DNA of 64,000 nucleotides from a virus: IMG/VR virus record IMGVR_UViG_3300045988_079296, positions 1 to 64,000 of that record; one strand, 5' to 3'. Shown piece by piece: positions 61,600 to 64,000 of this stretch (position 1 is its first letter; each line of letters starts with the position of its first letter). The notes under the pieces were generated by a model. It saw only the letters and a program-made list of their open reading frames with translations, ran no database searches and was not told where the DNA came from. The position numbers and the translations under genes were made by a program.

Positions 61600-62821
61600 A
61601 TTTAAACCATTTATTTTCGATAACTTTGATGTAATAATCCCTTACCCAAGTTGGACTTGCCGTTGCGTAGAAAGCATCGCTATCGCAGAAGTTATCCCAA
61701 AACGGCTTCCCGAACCCGATACGGACAAACTCTTCATCCAATATATCCTCACAACGTGTTTGCATTACATGCCATCCTTCTTCTCCAAGGGTCATAGACT
61801 TCAAGCGGTCTATAATGCGTGACAAACTGCCCCCTTGAACCCGTTCAGTGTATAAGATAGGACTTACAATGCCCATAGCAGCAAGATAGTCGGTGAGGTT
61901 CATTCCCGTTGGTATCTCGTCTTTAAAGCATCCTACGGGCACGGAAAGCTCTTGTAATGACGCAATCTTATTGTCCCATACTTCCTTATTCAAGTTTATC
62001 CATTCCCGAACGTCTGGACGGGTATCGTAAATGTTGAAATAGCGTTCTTTCTCTGCTGCATTTGGGTAAATAACCAAGTACGGTATTCCCAAGGCTTTGA
62101 ATATCTTCCTTGCTTCGGGATGCATGGCACAAACGATAATTCTGCCCCGTTGAAGCTCCTTCGATATTTTGCGAGCATAGTTGATTGGAAACTCTGGATT
62201 GATGATACCCTTCTCTTTGTCTAAGTAGTAATGTTCTGAAAAGAAACAATCTACAAATCGGCTATCTACGTTTGTCAAGAATGTTTTACCAATCCCTGGA
62301 TAACCACATATTGCTCTGATAGTGCCTTGCTTAAACGCTTCTTGTATAGCAAGACGGTTTGTTGTTACTTCCATAATAATGCTATGATTAAAAAGGATTG
62401 CTAAAACTCCGCATAATATCCATGCTTTCTTATCGGAGCTTTTAACTACATGTTGAATGTGCGCTCCTGCCGCTTTGAGTTCTTGAACCTCTTCATCCAA
62501 GAATAGGTCATTACCATTATTCCACTTGATTATTGCTTTTCTACAAGCATCGTTCAACGGCTTCATAAGTTCTTCGGGATAACCATATGAAAGGTCATAA
62601 CGGGCATCGCCTTTGTGTACTTCGCCAAACATAGCTTGACCAGTCTCTGGGCTTCCTCTGAATTGCCATTCCGTTCTTAGAAAGCCAGGCACTGTTTTAG
62701 CGGTTATGAAATAAATACCATCCTCATCATCCATAGATACTTTGGTAATGATAGGAGCGGTTGAGAAGTATTTCTGTAATATCTTCTCCGCTTGTTCTTT
62801 GTTACAATGTATTACTGACAT
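61574..62821 (-). CDS. Two-domain protein with a C-terminal P-loop kinase-like domain
   Basis: I use the ATG at 62819-62821 (MSVIHCNKEQ). ICGYPGIGKTFLTN is a Walker A of the small-kinase type (G.PG.GKT). Confidence 0.6.
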   Translation of the reverse strand: MSVIHCNKEQAEKILQKYFSTAPIITKVSMDDEDGIYFITAKTVPGFLRTEWQFRGSPETGQAMFGEVHKGDARYDLSYGYPEELMKPLNDACRKAIIKWNNGNDLFLDEEVQELKAAGAHIQHVVKSSDKKAWILCGVLAILFNHSIIMEVTTNRLAIQEAFKQGTIRAICGYPGIGKTFLTNVDSRFVDCFFSEHYYLDKEKGIINPEFPINYARKISKELQRGRIIVCAMHPEARKIFKALGIPYLVIYPNAAEKERYFNIYDTRPDVREWINLNKEVWDNKIASLQELSVPVGCFKDEIPTGMNLTDYLAAMGIVSPILYTERVQGGSLSRIIDRLKSMTLGEEGWHVMQTRCEDILDEEFVRIGFGKPFWDNFCDSDAFYATASPTWVRDYYIKVIENKWFKYGKVRLDR

Positions 62822-62835
62822 GATTCGATTTTGTT

Positions 62836-63054
62836 TTACAATAATCCAGCTTTTACCATTTCTCGGCAATCCTTACAAACCTTAGTGGGCGGCGTTACAT
62901 AATTTTCAGGCAAAGTGTCTGAAAGGTGACCGCAATATTTGCAATAAAAGTACATCGGAGAACCCGCAGGCAATAAGTTGTTATTCTTTTGCTCAGGTTG
63001 ATTTTTTAAGCGTTCTTCAAACGCTCTCTTCATTTCTTCCTTTTCCATATTCAA
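62836..63054 (-). CDS. Small zinc-ribbon protein
   Basis: 72 aa with CKYC ... CKDC (two CxxC pairs). Preceded by the 18-nt leader motif. Confidence 0.6.
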   Translation of the reverse strand: MNMEKEEMKRAFEERLKNQPEQKNNNLLPAGSPMYFYCKYCGHLSDTLPENYVTPPTKVCKDCREMVKAGLL

Positions 63055-63069
63055 TTTGATTTACAATTT
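63052..63069 (-). promoter_or_regulatory. 18-nt leader motif AAATTGTAAATCAAATTG, copy a
   Basis: Exact 18-mer whose 3' end overlaps the ATG at 63052-63054, within a 30-nt intergenic gap. Confidence 0.6.
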
Positions 63070-63084
63070 TGTTAATTAACTTTG

Positions 63085-63288
63085 TTAAACTCTTTGGGTC
63101 GCAAACTCAATTCTGAATTTCTTATTCTTCAAAGTTGGTCGCTTCTCCAATACAAACTTCTCGACTTCCTTTATGTCGATAGGAAATAAAGGACAATAAT
63201 GGTAAGGAATTTGAGTCAAGAACTTCTCCCCTACCATTATATCAAGATAAATCACTTTCAACCCACTATTCTCCATCCCGTTTCCCAT
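63085..63288 (-). CDS. Hypothetical small protein
   Basis: 67-aa ORF. The true start is possibly an internal Met. Confidence 0.5.
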   Translation of the reverse strand: MGNGMENSGLKVIYLDIMVGEKFLTQIPYHYCPLFPIDIKEVEKFVLEKRPTLKNKKFRIEFATQRV

Positions 63289-63482
63289 TCCTTACCTTGG
63301 CGGTGAGCCCAAAAATCATCTGCTGGTATCTGTAAGCCTTCTTCGTCTATATAGAAGTTTGACCCATCTTCTTCACAATAACCTCCCCAAATGTACTCTC
63401 CTTCTCCGAAAAATCGGTGGGCAACTTTATACCCACCTTGTTCCATAGCCGCAATAGCAGCTTCTTTTGTCATATCTTCCAT
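63258..63482 (-). CDS. Small protein, possibly DUF2829-like
   Basis: 74 aa. KEAAIAAMEQGGYKVAHRFF...IPADDFWAHR...ETGWRIV loosely resembles the DUF2829 layout (AL.A...G.KV.R..W ... D.LA.DW..V). Confidence 0.5.
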   Translation of the reverse strand: MEDMTKEAAIAAMEQGGYKVAHRFFGEGEYIWGGYCEEDGSNFYIDEEGLQIPADDFWAHRQGKEWETGWRIVG

Positions 63483-63715
63483 TATTCAAGTCCTTTTAGA
63501 AATATGCGCCCAATTGAGCTTGGTGAATAAATCTTAGTAGTATTGGGATATTGACCTATAAAAGATACATTTGTCAAAGGTCTCCACTTTGATTCCCAAA
63601 TGCTTCCTCCGTCCATTTCTTTGAGCTTCTCATATATTTTTAGGCAATCTTCGGCATCCTTCTTATGCTCTTCCATCTTCAATTGCTTCTGTAAGCTATC
63701 ATATAACTTTCCCAT
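63482..63715 (-). CDS. Hypothetical small protein
   Basis: 77-aa ORF sharing 1 nt with the next gene. Confidence 0.5.
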   Translation of the reverse strand: MGKLYDSLQKQLKMEEHKKDAEDCLKIYEKLKEMDGGSIWESKWRPLTNVSFIGQYPNTTKIYSPSSIGRIFLKGLE

Positions 63716-63716
63716 A

Positions 63717-64000
63717 TCAAGATATTGTTTTACGCCATAACTCGTTCAGTTCCTTCTCCGATACTTCAACAGAGGTGTCTGGGTAGGTTAATACCAATTG
63801 CTTAGCGAAGTTGATATGATTGTGACCAAAATCTCCCATGCCTACGCTATTCATTTCTTGGGCATCCGATAGATGACTCATAATAGCCATTTGTACCTGA
63901 ATATGGCGTTCTCCCTTCGCTCTCGGAACTTCGTCAGTTATCCACTTGCGCTCCGTTAAATCCACGTCATAGGCTTGTTGAACTACTTCTACGATTTTGC
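63717..64000 (-). CDS. Hypothetical protein, 5' end probably beyond the right edge
   Basis: The track starts it at a GTG (63965), but the same frame stays open to base 64000 (KIVEVVQQAYDVDLTERKW). Confidence 0.5.
   Translation of the reverse strand, partial: KIVEVVQQAYDVDLTERKWITDEVPRAKGERHIQVQMAIMSHLSDAQEMNSVGMGDFGHNHINFAKQLVLTYPDTSVEVSEKELNELWRKTIS

Noticed and set aside
12897-62249. Nested minus-strand ORFs out of frame with larger genes: 12897-13091, 16802-16996, 19105-19374, 24544-24768, 30814-31071, 32575-32757, 37839-38039, 41988-42230, 50010-50195, 61986-62249 and 61996-62178.
   Set aside because: They are embedded in genes with clear domain motifs. Their sequences are Arg/Lys/Gln-rich, as off-frame products usually are. 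I saw no independent evidence for overprinting, unlike at 59.2-59.7 kb.
47128-62869. N-terminal extensions of several track ORFs from GTG/TTG starts: 47128-47181, 54823-54918, 58190-58246, 62822-62869, 15467-15514, 60924-60959, 59225-59368 and 59410-59484.
   Set aside because: The extensions run through terminator hairpins, conserved intergenic motifs or the preceding gene. Internal ATGs give tidy ATGA/TAATG junctions and N-termini that look like real protein starts (for example MNILFDGNYLFH for the FEN nuclease).
1059-63000. All plus-strand ORFs in the track (for example 1059-1463, 4626-5045, 15798-16265, 18699-19283, 25999-26490, 33267-33713, 44196-44672, 51607-52122 and 60483-60872).
   Set aside because: Each lies wholly inside a longer, motif-supported minus-strand gene. 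Their translations are low-complexity (Leu/Ser/Phe/Arg-rich), as antisense shadows typically are. None has its own promoter, terminator or coupling signal.
1-64000. Stop-codon reassignment (TAG or TGA recoding), as reported for some Bacteroidota-infecting phages.
   Set aside because: Long structural genes (sheath, capsid, portal, tape measure, the fibre of at least 1163 aa) are intact under the standard code. The fibre gene is missing from the track only because it runs off the window edge, not because of in-frame stops.

Overview
The whole 64-kb window reads as one stretch of a large tailed dsDNA phage genome. Every credible gene is on the minus strand and genes are tightly packed, often with ATGA or TAATG overlaps. 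I saw no tRNA, rRNA, CRISPR array, integrase or transposase.

In transcription order (right to left):
- 64-56 kb: small early-type genes, including an HU-like protein, a Zn-ribbon protein, small membrane proteins and a lipoprotein.
- 56-43 kb: a DNA-metabolism block with a DEDDh exonuclease, two DNA-binding proteins, the large terminase, dUTPase, a ferritin/Mn-catalase-like protein, an SF1 helicase, a DUF2786 protein, a FEN-type 5'-3' exonuclease and a candidate DNA-base hypermodification enzyme.
- 43-36 kb: portal, a fibre-like protein, membrane proteins and a MuF-like head protein.
- 36-27 kb: an unusual cargo island. It holds a radical SAM (SPASM/twitch) enzyme, a PIG-L/LmbE deacetylase, a GT4 glycosyltransferase, a 660-aa AAA+ protein, a 788-aa kinase-like/ART-like protein, a GH108 endolysin and a lipoprotein.
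- 27-0 kb: prohead protease/scaffold, major capsid protein, neck genes, and a contractile-tail module of sheath, tube, two overlapping chaperone ORFs, tape measure, M23 peptidase, baseplate genes and a fibre gene of at least 1163 aa that runs off the left edge.

Three intergenic regions carry exact TTTG-N19-TAnnTTTG promoters, and most genes lack Shine-Dalgarno sites. Both point to a Bacteroidota host.

All product calls rest on motifs I recognised by eye and on gene order. No database search was possible. The most interesting candidate is the radical SAM / deacetylase / glycosyltransferase cassette embedded in the head operon, possibly linked to DNA hypermodification.
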